A stretch of DNA of 64,000 nucleotides, from positions 224,001 to 288,000 of the forward strand of contig CAVSHT010000005.1 in NCBI GenBank assembly GCA_963727895.1, written 5' to 3'. This document shows positions 43,873 to 55,218 of the stretch, piece after piece; the stretch's first letter is position 1; the number at the start of each line of letters is the position of its first letter. The position numbers and the translations under genes were made by a program. Below the pieces are notes generated by a model. That model saw only the letters and a list, made by a program, of their open reading frames with translations. It ran no database searches and was not told where the DNA came from. The DNA is from an uncultured Methanosarcinaceae archaeon. GTDB lineage: Archaea; Halobacteriota; Methanosarcinia; Methanosarcinales; Methanosarcinaceae.

Positions 43873-44612
43873 GGCATTGATACTTAAACATAGTTATATA
43901 CTATTAGAAAGTATATTTCTTCATGAACTGCCCCAGATGCAATAGTTCCAGTCACAAAAAGAACGGTATAGTTGGCGGGCGTCAACGGTACAAATGCTCT
44001 GATTGTGGCTATAACTATACAGTAGAGCTAAAATCAACTGATTTTTCCGCTTCTGTAAAAAGACAGGCTTTACAACTCTATCTTGAAGGATTGGGCTTTC
44101 GTTCAATAGGAAGATTTTTAGGGGTAAGTCATGTTTCTGTCCAAAAATGGATCAAGAAATTTGGTCAGGAGTTAGAGAACCTAAAAAGTGAAAGTGAGAT
44201 ATCTATTGTTGAAATGGATGAGATGCACACTTACATCGGTAACAAAAAAAATATTGCTGGATCTGGATTGCTGTTGATAGAGTTGGGAAAAAGTTTATCA
44301 ACTGCTCTTTTGGCAGCAGAGGAACGGAAACTGGAAAACTACTCTGGGAAAAAGTGAAGAAAAAATAGATTGGAGAAGTGATGACCGATCACTGGAGGGC
44401 ATATGCAGAGTTTCTTCCAGAAAAGATCCATACTCAATCAAAAGCAGAAACGTATACTGTTGAAGGATATTACAGCATATTGAGGCATTTCCTGGCAAGG
44501 TTGAGAAGAAAGACAAAGTGTTATACGAAGAGTCTTGAAATGCTAAAGTACTCGGTTATTCTATTGATGAAATAAAGAAATAAAGAGTTAATTATGTTTA
44601 GTTAACAATACC
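43873..44612 (+). mobile_element. IS1 family element, copy 2 (in-frame TAG at 44366)
   Basis: TIRs GGCATTGATACTTAA / TTAGTTAACAATACC; two ORFs joined at an A8 slippery run. Confidence 0.93.
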
Positions 44613-44646
44613 GTTTTCTGATATACAGTGGAATAAGCAAATAAAA

Positions 44647-45093
44647 ATGCAAAAACAAAATGTTGCTATTGGTTTTTATAAAGAAATAACAGAAATTGAA
44701 AACATTATTCGCCCAATTGCGAAATATTATGAAAGTAATCATGTAACAGTGGGTTCACCTACTTTGTTAGATTCGGTAATTCATGATACAAAAGTTAATT
44801 TAAACAAATTTAATTCATTCTATGATGAGAATGGTTTGTATTTTCATTTCCGAAAGGAAATTTATATTTTTGAAACAGATATAGTTAAAAGTATTTTAAT
44901 ATTTTATACAAACTTGCTTCAGGCAGACAAAGAGTATAAAATTTATATAACTTGTCTATATGGAATTAATTCTAAAAAAGGCCCAGATATTGATACTGCT
45001 TGGAATATCCAAGATGATTTCGTTAAGCATTTACTTATTTCTAATAAAGAAGCTTCGAATTTGATAAGTCTGCTTGAAAAATATGTTAAATGA
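44647..45093 (+). CDS. Hypothetical low-GC protein, possibly 5'-truncated by IS1
   Basis: 148-aa open frame directly after the IS1 end. Confidence 0.5.
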   Translation: MQKQNVAIGFYKEITEIENIIRPIAKYYESNHVTVGSPTLLDSVIHDTKVNLNKFNSFYDENGLYFHFRKEIYIFETDIVKSILIFYTNLLQADKEYKIYITCLYGINSKKGPDIDTAWNIQDDFVKHLLISNKEASNLISLLEKYVK

Positions 45094-45590
45094 TGTAACC
45101 AAGATTCAGGTTTGTCATCAAATAAGTATATTAAATTTATTGATCTTAGTCTTAAAATGGTTCAGTCTTGCAGAATGAACCTGTAAAGTGATAAGTGACA
45201 CTACTTTTTAAATTTTTATTAATTTTGATTTTCTTCTAAATATTGAGGATTTCTACAGGGCCTATAATAATGAGAGAATAATCAGAATCAATATTATCAG
45301 ATACAATTCTTGAAGACCTGGAGATCAATAGGGATATGCTTCTCATACTGTTTGATATCAGATATTGAAGATACTTATCTCAAGACGAGTTTAGAAAGAT
45401 AGCAAACAGCTCTTCTCTTCCAAAAAATGGAATAAAAATGATTTCACAGAAATTATAATATATAATTGTGAAGAATATAGTTCCGTAAATTATTTTTGAG
45501 GAACCTTTTGTGATTATAAATCAGGAATAGGCAAAATATCTAAAATTATGTAGAATGTGAGTAGAAGGAAGATTAAAGTAGGTACAAAAA

Positions 45591-48140
45591 ATGGGGACAG
45601 AATTCGATCCTGAAAATATAATTGGACTTTCTGGAGAAGAGGCTTCTGAAATACTCAAAAAAGAAGGTTATAATGAATTACCTTCACAAAAGAAACAGAG
45701 CCTTTTTTCCATCTTACTGAATGTTCTTAAAGAACCTATGCTGCTCCTTCTTTTAGGCGCAGGTCTGATTTATTTGATTTTAGGGGAAGTAAAAGACGCT
45801 CTGATACTGCTATTGTTTGTTTTTGTGGTTATGGGTATAACGTTTAACCAGGAGCGAAAGACTGAGAGAGCATTAGAGGCTTTGAGGGATCTTTCAAGTC
45901 CAAGAGCTCTTGTAATAAGAGATGGAAAACAGAAGAGAATTCCAGGACGAGAAGTCGTTAAAGGCGACATTATGATATTAAGGGAAGGAGATCGTATCCC
46001 AGCAGATGGTGTTGTCCTTTTCTGTACAAATCTTCTGGTAGATGAATCTCTCCTTACAGGTGAATCCCTTGCAGTTCGAAAATCCGAATCTAATGGCATA
46101 ATTCAGGCTTTAAGTCTCGAACAGCCCGGAGGAGACGATACTCCATTTGTATATTCAGGGGCAATGGTGATTCAGGGACAGGGAGTAGCTCAGGCAATCT
46201 CTACAGGTATACACACCGAAATGGGAAAAATCGGAAAAGCTCTGGGGACAATTGCTGAAGAAGAGTCTCTGCTTAAGAAAGAAACTGCCTTAATTATAAA
46301 GAATTTTGCTATTTTTGGAGGAATATTATGCTTACTTGTTGTGGTAGTTTACGGATTAACAAAAGGAGATTGGCTGCATGGATTGTTAGCAGGACTGAGT
46401 TTAAGCATGGCTCTTCTTCCGGAAGAATTCTCAGTCGTTTTACTTGTATTCCTGAGCATGGGTGCCTGGCGCCTATCTAAAAGAAATGTTCTGGTGCGGC
46501 GTATGCCCGCTATTGAGACTCTTGGTTCTTCAACTGTGCTATGTGTGGATAAAACAGGGACTTTGACACAGAACAGGATGATTTTAAGCACTCTGTATTC
46601 AGGAAACGAGTATTGTGAGATTAATAAAAGTGAATGCCTTTTTGAGAACTTCCGTGAACTGCTTGAATTTGGATATCTGGCAAGTTTGCAGGATCCTTTT
46701 GATCCACTTGAGAAAGAGATCAAAAAAAGCACTAAAAAATTCCTTCCAGACCATGAAGACATACATCGTGAATGGAAACTTGTCCGAGAGTACCCTCTTT
46801 CTAAAAACCTACTTGCGATTTCAAATGTATGGGAATCAAATGATTCCCGTAAATATGTTATCGCTGTAAAAGGTGCTCCTGAAGCTATTATTGATTTATG
46901 TCATCTAAATGAGTCCGAGAAAAATGAATTACAGTTTCATATTCAGGAAATGGCAAATAAAGGTTTGAGACTTCTTGGCGTAGCTAAAGCAAGCTTTCAG
47001 GAAGATTCATTGCCTGAACAACAGCATGATTTTGAATTTGAATTTATAGGATTGCTTGGTTTTGTTGATCCTGTTCGTCCATCGGTTGCCCAATCAGTAA
47101 AAGAATGCTATGCTGCAGGTATAAGGGTAATCATGATTACAGGAGATTATCCAGGCACAGCCCAGCATATCGCAAGACAGATCGGTTTAAAAAATACTGA
47201 TAAATATATTGCTGGTCCTGAGCTTGCCAGTATGGATCAAAAGGAGCTTACAGAAAAAATTAAAACAACAAATATATTCGCTCGAGTAATACCTGAACAA
47301 AAACTTGCAATTGTAAATGCTTTGAAATCAAATGGAGAAGTTGTTGCGATGACAGGAGACGGTGTTAACGATGCCCCTGCCCTAAAATCCGCCCATATCG
47401 GAATTGCAATGGGAGAAAGGGGCACTGATGTAGCTCGTGAGTCCGCATCGATTGTCCTCTTAAACGATGATTTCTTTTCTATAGTTGCAGCCGTCAGGCT
47501 TGGGAGGAGGATTTTCGAAAATCTCAAGAAAGCAATAGGTTATATATTTTCAGTCCACCTGCCTATTGCAGGACTTGCGGTTTTTCCGATATTATTTAAT
47601 TTACCTCTTGTCCTTTTGCCTGCTCACATAGCATTTCTGGAATTGATAATTGATCCTGCCTGTTCAACAGTCTTTGAGGCTGAACCTGAAGAGAAAAATA
47701 TAATGAACAGACCACCTCGAAATTTACAGGAAAGAATGTTCGGAAGAAAAAACCTGGTCCTTAGTCTGGTACAGGGGATAAGCATGCTTGTAGGAGTAAT
47801 TGCTGTTTTCCTGTATGCATTACATATGGGCAAAGGCGAAGTAGATGCGCGTACACTTACATTTGCCACACTAGTAATTTCCAACCTTACTTTAATCGTA
47901 GCAAATCTTTCCTGGTCACAGAGCATAATAAAAACACTGTTTTCTGAGAACAAGGCTTTAAGATATGTGCTTGCAGGATCACTTTCAGGTTTATTTCTGG
48001 TTCTTTATTTTCCAGCTTTGAGAAGCTTATTCCGTTTCTCATTACTGCACGGTGACGATCTGATTATCGTATTCGTTGTGGGAACTCTAAGTATTGTATG
48101 GCTCAGATTACTTAAAAGCACGATATACAATAATATTTAA
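45591..48140 (+). CDS. Cation-translocating P-type ATPase (P2-type, possibly Ca2+)
   Basis: TGES, DKTGTLT, KGAPE, MITGD, GDGVNDAPAL. Confidence 0.93.
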   Translation: MGTEFDPENIIGLSGEEASEILKKEGYNELPSQKKQSLFSILLNVLKEPMLLLLLGAGLIYLILGEVKDALILLLFVFVVMGITFNQERKTERALEALRDLSSPRALVIRDGKQKRIPGREVVKGDIMILREGDRIPADGVVLFCTNLLVDESLLTGESLAVRKSESNGIIQALSLEQPGGDDTPFVYSGAMVIQGQGVAQAISTGIHTEMGKIGKALGTIAEEESLLKKETALIIKNFAIFGGILCLLVVVVYGLTKGDWLHGLLAGLSLSMALLPEEFSVVLLVFLSMGAWRLSKRNVLVRRMPAIETLGSSTVLCVDKTGTLTQNRMILSTLYSGNEYCEINKSECLFENFRELLEFGYLASLQDPFDPLEKEIKKSTKKFLPDHEDIHREWKLVREYPLSKNLLAISNVWESNDSRKYVIAVKGAPEAIIDLCHLNESEKNELQFHIQEMANKGLRLLGVAKASFQEDSLPEQQHDFEFEFIGLLGFVDPVRPSVAQSVKECYAAGIRVIMITGDYPGTAQHIARQIGLKNTDKYIAGPELASMDQKELTEKIKTTNIFARVIPEQKLAIVNALKSNGEVVAMTGDGVNDAPALKSAHIGIAMGERGTDVARESASIVLLNDDFFSIVAAVRLGRRIFENLKKAIGYIFSVHLPIAGLAVFPILFNLPLVLLPAHIAFLELIIDPACSTVFEAEPEEKNIMNRPPRNLQERMFGRKNLVLSLVQGISMLVGVIAVFLYALHMGKGEVDARTLTFATLVISNLTLIVANLSWSQSIIKTLFSENKALRYVLAGSLSGLFLVLYFPALRSLFRFSLLHGDDLIIVFVVGTLSIVWLRLLKSTIYNNI

Positions 48141-48190
48141 CGTTTTTTGGTAATATATCACTTTATAAAACTTATTTTTTGGCTACTAAA

Positions 48191-48230
48191 AATAAGCTTA
48201 AATCGGCTTTAATAAGCTTAAATCGGCTTT
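48191..48230. repeat. 20-bp direct duplication (AATAAGCTTAAATCGGCTTT x2)
   Basis: Directly visible. Confidence 0.85.
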
Positions 48231-48344
48231 GTATAAATTTTCTAAAATCTATTTTTCCCAAAGCGTTATAAAAAGGACTATTAAAATTGCTCCTAGTTTT
48301 TTGTGGGAACAAAAAATAAGAAGTATTTTTATAATTTTATTTTT

Positions 48345-48474
48345 AGAGGCCATCCCCAACAACTTTATTCTCTAAATCATAAAATTTTCAGTATTACTTT
48401 CATTATCTGAAGCTCAAGTGATGATTGCAAATTCAAGACCTAAATAAGCTATTTTGAGTTTTGGGATCAGCTCT
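48345..48474. mobile_element. 130-bp MITE-like element, family A copy 2
   Basis: AGAGGCCATCCCCAAC / GAGTTTTGGGATCAGCTCT; colinear similarity with 23140-23269. Confidence 0.65.
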
Positions 48475-48595
48475 TATAATTATTTGGGCAAAAACAGAAA
48501 TTAGAGCATTTTTACAAAGCCTTTTCTTCTACAAGAAATGTTCAATTTAGGTGATTATTTGGGTAAAGATAAAATCATCGACACTTTACTTTTAT

Positions 48596-48925
48596 TTAGC
48601 AAAATTGTGCCCAGTATCGATAAGCTTTGAGGTAACTTCTCCATAGTACGAAATCATTCCATTCTTCAAGATCTATTTCTCCTGCTCTCAAATAAAGCTT
48701 ATTCTGAAAAGCTGAAAAATCCATCTTATATTTTTGTTTCATTGTGACTATCTTTTTTCCATAGTAGTCAGTTTTTATTTCAGCTTTATTATGAACAAAT
48801 CCCTGTAAAACTTTTTGTTCTTCTTGATATATGCTGATTTTGGCCATGCTATCTAGAGGCTCTAACAGTTTCCCAGAAATTTTTATGGATTGACTGTATT
48901 CAACAATATCTCCCAAGATTACCAC
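48596..48925 (-). CDS. Hypothetical protein
   Basis: 109-aa ORF with GTG start and plausible composition. Confidence 0.55.
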   Translation of the reverse strand: MVILGDIVEYSQSIKISGKLLEPLDSMAKISIYQEEQKVLQGFVHNKAEIKTDYYGKKIVTMKQKYKMDFSAFQNKLYLRAGEIDLEEWNDFVLWRSYLKAYRYWAQFC

Positions 48926-49584
48926 CTATTATTGCTCTATCCGACCCATTTTTATGTATTTGTGTGCTTGCTCATTTTTAAGTAAAACTTATTGAAGGTT
49001 CAAAAAAGATAGAAACTAGAAAATCTTCCTTATTTATACCAACATAAGTATATTTCATACACTGTAGTTTACTAAGGTTATGTCTCCAAAAATTTATAAA
49101 GTTTGTGGAAAATTTAGAGAGTTTCGTGGAAAATGTGACAATCTGATTATATTGGAAAAAATAATATCCGAACTATTTTGTGATTTAATGTAAAAACATG
49201 GATGAACACAATAAATGAACAACATGCATTAAATTAAAGATAAAAGTTATTACCTGAGAAAAATTGACTTAATTACAAAATTAAAAAATAGAAATAGACA
49301 TAGTGGATTATGTACTATTACTCCTTTCTTTTCAGTCTAATGAAGCTAGTATAGATAGGTTTTCTACAAAGACTAATTCGATTGTTCCTGATTCTTTTGA
49401 TATTAGATAGAAACCAAGTTATTTTAACAATTTTGATATTACAAATCAATTAAATAACAATAAAATCTATATCCTAACAACTCGGGTTCAATAAAGCCAG
49501 AAATTAATAAAACCAGAGAGAACTAAATTTATTCTCTTCTCAGTTTTTCTTATTGCAATCTTTATTTTACTCTATATTTTTTCG

Positions 49585-50709
49585 TTATTTCCTTGTTCGC
49601 AAGTTTTTCTTTCTTTCAGTTTCTCTTTTCTCTTTTTGTTGACCCAGATTTTTCGTTATTATTTCGCTTGTTGGCTTTTTCTTTGTCCAGACGCTTTCTC
49701 TCATTTTTGGCTTCTCTTCTTCCGTTTTTTCTCCATCATCTTCATCAAAATTAAATCCAAGTTTAGAGTTTACGGAAGCTCTAGCTTTTTTAACATCTAT
49801 ATTATCCGGATTGAGCCTAATGGCTCTTTCAAGGGCTCCAAGGGCTTCTTCATTCTTTTCCATGTGAGAAAGAGCCATTCCCTTACAGTACCAGGCTTCA
49901 GATGAATCAGGCTTTATAGAAATTGCTTTGCTGCAGAACTCAAGGGCTTTTCTGGATTTGCCTAGTTTGAGATGGACAAAACCTTTTCCTATCCAGGTTT
50001 TTGCATTGTTGGGATTTATTTTGAGGGCGGCATCATAAGCTATCATAGCTTCCACAGGCCTGTTAAGGCTATAAAGGGCAAAGGCTTTATCCTCCAGGGC
50101 CCTTGAAAGATTTGGGTTAAGCTTAATAGAAGTTTCATAAGCTTTGATTGCTTCTTCATACTTACCCATATCTGCAAAGACAAAACCTTTGGAGTGCCAA
50201 GCACTTGCGAGTTTAGGATTTATAGAAAGGGCTTTCTCAGAGGCTGCAAGAGCTTTTTCATGCTTATTCAGCCTGCAAAGTACTGATGTTCTAAGATTCC
50301 AGGCTTTATCATTATCAGGCTGAATTTCAAGCAGCCTGTCAAAAGTTTGAATGGCAGCTTCATCTCTGTTGAGTCGTAGGAGAACAAAACTTTTTTCATA
50401 AAGATAACGAGGGTTTTCAGAATCAATCTCAAGTGCTTTTTCAAAGTTGTTCAAAGATTCCTTATACATTTTATGCTTCAATAAAACCGAGGCTTTTCCA
50501 GCCCATGCAGATGCATTATCAGGATTTTCTTCAATAACTTTTTCATAACGTTTGAGAGATTTATTCAGGCGGTCATAGGCGGTCTCAATGACTTCCTTGG
50601 TCTTGCTTCTTTTATCTTTTTTTCCGGTCCCATCTAGCTTGCTTTTCTTGTTTTTTCTGCCTAAGTTTTCTGTTTGTCTGTGTCTATTTTCTTTGAGATC
50701 TTTTGCCAT
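49585..50709 (-). CDS. Tetratricopeptide repeat protein with basic termini
   Basis: About 8 TPR units. Confidence 0.9.
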   Translation of the reverse strand: MAKDLKENRHRQTENLGRKNKKSKLDGTGKKDKRSKTKEVIETAYDRLNKSLKRYEKVIEENPDNASAWAGKASVLLKHKMYKESLNNFEKALEIDSENPRYLYEKSFVLLRLNRDEAAIQTFDRLLEIQPDNDKAWNLRTSVLCRLNKHEKALAASEKALSINPKLASAWHSKGFVFADMGKYEEAIKAYETSIKLNPNLSRALEDKAFALYSLNRPVEAMIAYDAALKINPNNAKTWIGKGFVHLKLGKSRKALEFCSKAISIKPDSSEAWYCKGMALSHMEKNEEALGALERAIRLNPDNIDVKKARASVNSKLGFNFDEDDGEKTEEEKPKMRESVWTKKKPTSEIITKNLGQQKEKRETERKKNLRTRK

Positions 50710-51116
50710 AGTATCAGTCCATGTAACCAGGTTTAGAGTAATGATTATTTATAAAGAGAATTCAATACACTCCCCTCACTCTATATAGTATTATACTCTC
50801 TAGAGAATCTTATTTCAAACTCTGTTCTTTTATTTCAAGCTGATCCTGTTAATTCAAGTTCAAAGTGCTAAATTTTAAAGTGCTGAATTGATCTGATTTT
50901 ATTAGTATAAAGAGGAGACATGAATCTAGTTTAATGGTAAATTCAAGAGTCCCTATAGAGTATTCTATATTTTTATAGAAAATCCCTCTATTTTCATTTA
51001 TATCTCATTTGACTTGAGGGATATAATTATCTCTCAAATTTGTCATTGACAAATAAGATGAAAAAGACTGGTTAGAAGTTACCTTATTGTAACACTTTAC
51101 CATATGGCAGTGGAGG

Positions 51117-52193
51117 TTGTTTAATTTGGAAAAAACAAAAATACTGGAAAACGTTTTCAATATCCTTCTTCTCTTTATACCGCTAAGCTTGTTTGCAGAA
51201 TATATGAATTTTTCTCCTATAGTCATTTTTATTCTAGCTTCACTTGCGATCATACCTCTTGCTAAATTTATCGGTAAATCAACAGAGGAAATTTCAGGGT
51301 ATACAGGTCCAGCGTTGGGTGGGTTATTAAATGCTACCTTCGGGAACGCAACAGAATTAATCATAAGCATTTTTTCTCTGCAAGCAGGACTTACTGAAAT
51401 GGTAAAAGCATCTATTACAGGTTCCATTATTGGAAATCTGCTTTTGATTTTGGGAACGGCGTTTTTCTTTGGAGGTCTCGGTAAAGATGAACAGGAGTTT
51501 AATACGATAGCAGCAAGGACAAGTGCCTCCACTCTGATTCTTGCAACTGCCGCTATTGTCATGCCAGCCGTTTTCGTTCTGACTTCCGAAAATCCTTCTG
51601 CTATAACTATCGAAACGTTGAGCATAGCAGTTTCAGTTATTATGGCAGTGTCTTATATTGCGAGTTTACTTTTCTCGCTTCATACCCACAAGCATTTATA
51701 TACTGCCGATACTACTGAGTGCAGTTCCAATAATTGGAGCGTCAAAAAATCTGTTGTGGTGCTTCTTGTATCAACCAGTGCAGTTGCTGTTATGAGTGAA
51801 ATTCTGGTTGGCTCAATAGAACCACTGGCTCAAAGCCTTGGCTGGACTGAGCTATTTATTGGCATGATTTTCATAGCAATTATTGGAAACGCTGCAGAAC
51901 ATGTATCAGCTATCACAATCGCCATTAAAGGGCGAATGGACCTAGCACTTCAAATAGCAATTGGATCTACAACTCAAGTAGCTATGTTTGTCGTGCCTGT
52001 CCTGGTGTTTACAAGTTATTTCTTCAAGACACCAATGAACCTAATTTTCAATACTTTTGAAATTGCTGCTATAGTCTCTGCTGTCATAATGGTTAAATCC
52101 ATTATCGAAGACGGTAAAAGTAATTGGTTTGAAGGATTACAACTTCTAGGGACATATGGAATAATGATTGTCGTCTCATTCCTTCATCCATAA
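51117..52193 (+). CDS. cax: Calcium/proton exchanger (CaCA family)
   Basis: GGLLNATFGNATE, GSIIGNLLL, GNAAEH, SNWFEG. Confidence 0.92.
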   Translation: MFNLEKTKILENVFNILLLFIPLSLFAEYMNFSPIVIFILASLAIIPLAKFIGKSTEEISGYTGPALGGLLNATFGNATELIISIFSLQAGLTEMVKASITGSIIGNLLLILGTAFFFGGLGKDEQEFNTIAARTSASTLILATAAIVMPAVFVLTSENPSAITIETLSIAVSVIMAVSYIASLLFSLHTHKHLYTADTTECSSNNWSVKKSVVVLLVSTSAVAVMSEILVGSIEPLAQSLGWTELFIGMIFIAIIGNAAEHVSAITIAIKGRMDLALQIAIGSTTQVAMFVVPVLVFTSYFFKTPMNLIFNTFEIAAIVSAVIMVKSIIEDGKSNWFEGLQLLGTYGIMIVVSFLHP

Positions 52194-52241
52194 ATTTAAA
52201 ATAAAATTAAATTATGACAATGTTAAATTATGATAATGTTC

Positions 52242-52417
52242 TTTATTACTATGGGAGTGCAGAGGGTCACGAATACCCCATCCTTTAGAGGCTGTCCGAC
52301 AATTATTGGTAGTAATAAAAAAGCGCTAAAAAGAAAGCAAATAAGACCTTTAAATCAAAAAAGAGAGAATTCTTTGATTACCGAAGGTAATTGTCGGACA
52401 GCCTCTTTAGGGTGGGG
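52242..52417. mobile_element. IS200/IS605-type hairpin element (right outer arm lost) carrying a 118-bp MITE at 52288-52405
   Basis: Inner TIR GAGGCTGTCCGACAATT with TTTA duplication; homologous to 61379-61588. Confidence 0.8.
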
Positions 52418-52447
52418 TGGCCTCACGTAATTTGGTTTTTATTTTGT

Positions 52448-52522
52448 ACATAATATTCTTTAACATAATATTCTTTAACATAATATTCTTTAACATAATA
52501 TTCTTTAACATAATATTCTTTA
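52448..52522. repeat. 15-bp tandem repeat x5 (ACATAATATTCTTTA)
   Basis: Directly visible. Confidence 0.95.
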
Positions 52523-52687
52523 TTTTGTTTCAACAATTGAAAAGAATATTTATTGAAACAAATTCTTTACTATCAGGCGTAAAGAAAAAGTTTGATTATA
52601 AGCTCATCCTCAAATCTTTTTTCTTCTAAAATCCATAAAAATTTCAGATCCATATTCAATGAAAAGAAACTTGAGTAATCTTTCAAA

Positions 52688-52739
52688 TATTACCTAAAAA
52701 GTAATACTCCAACTATTACCTAAAAAGTAATACTCCAAC
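52688..52739. repeat. 26-bp direct duplication (TATTACCTAAAAAGTAATACTCCAAC x2)
   Basis: Directly visible. Confidence 0.9.
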
Positions 52740-52767
52740 TTTTCTTTTCATATTTATATGAAATTAT

Positions 52768-53507
52768 GGCATTGTTACTTAACTATATCTAGTTCTTTAT
52801 TTATGTATTTCATCAATAGAATAACCGAGTACTTTAGCATTTCAAGACTCTTCGTATAACACTTTGTCTTTCTTCTCAACCTTGCTAGAAAATGCCTCAA
52901 TATGCTGTTATATCCCTCAACTGTAAATGTTTCTGCTTTGGATTGAGTATGAATCGTTTCAGGAAGAAACTCTGCATATGCCCTCCAGTGATCGGTCATC
53001 ACTTCTCCAATCTCTTTTTTCTTCAATTTTGCCCAGAGTAGTTTTCCAGTTTCCGTTCCTCTGCTACCAAAAGAGCAGTTGATGAACTTTTTCCCAACTC
53101 TATCAACAGCAATCCAGATCCAACAATATTTTTTTTGTTACCGATGTAAGTGTGCATCTCATCCATTTCAACAATAGATATCTCATTTTCACTTTTTAGG
53201 TTCTCTAACTCCTGACCAAATTTCTTTATCCATTTTTGGACAGAGACATGACTTACCCCTAAAATTCTTCCTATTGAGCGAAAGCCCAATCCTTCAAGAT
53301 AAAGTTGTAAAGCCTGTCTTTTAACAGAGGCGGAAAAAGCAGTTGATTTTAGCTCTACTGTATAGTTATATCCACAATCAGAGCATTTGTACCGTTGACG
53401 CCCGCCAACTATACCATTCTTTTTGTGACTGGAACTATTACATTTTGGGCAGTTCATGAAGAAATATATGTTATAAGCATATATATCTATTTTTAATTAC
53501 CAATGCC
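52768..53507 (-). mobile_element. IS1 family element, copy 3 (apparently intact)
   Basis: Both ORFs open, A8 frameshift site, GGCATTG at both termini. Confidence 0.93.
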
Positions 53508-53815
53508 TAAATTTTTAAGCGAAAAAATATTTATAATTAAAGAAATTGTTCTTTTAAATTTAAAAATAAATATAATTAATTAGTATATAAATTTAGAACA
53601 AAATCGAAAGATAAATAATAGTCTTCTATAATTTTTATAAGCATTTACACAAAAGAATCTAATAGTTTTATATTATAATTCAATAAATATAATATCATTT
53701 GTTTATATTTATTGAACTCTATATTAAAAAACATTTACAGTTACAATTTCTACTCTAAAATCTCTACCTACAAACTGATTTATTTGAGGTTTTAAAAGCA
53801 AAACTGAGGCATAAG

Positions 53816-54667
53816 ATGGTAACAAAATATATTCAGTACATATTAGAAAACTGGACAAAAATAAGATTTTACATTATAGTCTTCACTTTTTTGCTTGTAC
53901 TGGATATATTTAGTTGTTATATTCTAGTGCATTCCAGTTCTTCTCTTTCATGGCCGAATAATACTGTCTATGTTGTTACAGATGGAAGAGGAAATTTTAA
54001 TTGTAATGGAAATAATGACCAGGTAGAAATAAACAAAGCTCTTGAATATGTCGCAGAAAATCCTCAGTTCACAACCGTTCACCTGAAAGGTCCAAACACA
54101 TACATTCTTTCCGATACTATTCTAATTGGAAATAATACCACCCTTGAAGGTGACCCTACAGCCGTAATAAAGCTTAAAGATAAAGCGGATTGGCCAGCTG
54201 CTAAACCTCTGATAACACAGATTAACAAAACCGGAGCCTATGGAATTACTATAAAAGGATTTGAAATCAATGGAAATCATGATAATAATTTAGATAGACC
54301 AAAGGGATACGGATATTACAATATGATCCATTTTCTCAATTCTACAGATATTCAAGTCCATGATATGTATATGCACGATGGGCATGGGGAAGGATTAAAA
54401 GTAGACAATAGTTACAATATTCAGTTTTATAATAATAGTATATATAAAACGGGGCACAATGGTCTTTTTGATGAAAATTGCCAGAATGTAGATGTCTGGA
54501 ACAACACAATAACTGTCAGGACTGACAGTGGTTTTAGAAATAGAAACTCAAACCATGTAAAAATTCATGATAATAATATAACTTCCTTTTCTGACTGGAG
54601 TGCAGGTGGCGCTGGAATTCTGATTGAGAAAACAACAGGCATTGTTAACGACATTGAAGTATATAAT
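53816..54667 (+). pseudogene. Disaggregatase-related beta-helix surface protein, truncated by IS1
   Basis: Paralogous to the N-terminus of 58083-60752 (GNFNCNG..DQVEINKAL..LKGP..LEGDP); ends in IS1 sequence. Confidence 0.85.
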
Positions 54668-55010
54668 ATTTCAACAATAGATATCTCATTTTCACTTTTT
54701 AGGTCCTCTAACTCCTGACCAAATTTCTTTATCCATCTTTGGACAGAAACATGACTCACCCCTAAAAATCTTCCTATTGAACGAAAGCCCAATCCTTCAA
54801 GGTAAAGTTGTAAAGCCTGTATTTTAACAGAAGCGGAAAAAGCAGTTGATTTTAGCTCTACTGTATAGTTATATCCACAATCATGACATTTGTAGCGTTG
54901 ACGCCCACCAACTATACCATTATTTTTGTGACTGGAACTATTGCATCTGGGGCAGTTCATGAAGAAATATACTTTCTAATAGTATATAACTATGTTTAAG
55001 TATCAATGAC
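54668..55010 (-). mobile_element. IS1 family 5' fragment, copy 4
   Basis: Matches the first ~340 bp of the other copies. Confidence 0.9.
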
Positions 55011-55218
55011 AAAAATAGATCTCCATGAGACACCTCTACATGTATTGATTTTTCAAATACGTTATCATACTTAAATGGACTATTCCTCAAGTACATAGTA
55101 TAAAATTAGAAAAGGCCAAGCTAGCATGTTTTAATTTTGTAATTTTTTAAGTTATAAATATAAAAAGTCAAAACATCTGAAAAGAAAATAAATATGAAAG
55201 TTAACTGAATTTATTTTC

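Noticed and set aside
45130..45262. Possible third MITE family ending GAGGATTTCTACAGGGCC
   Set aside because: Only one putative end and no second copy in the window
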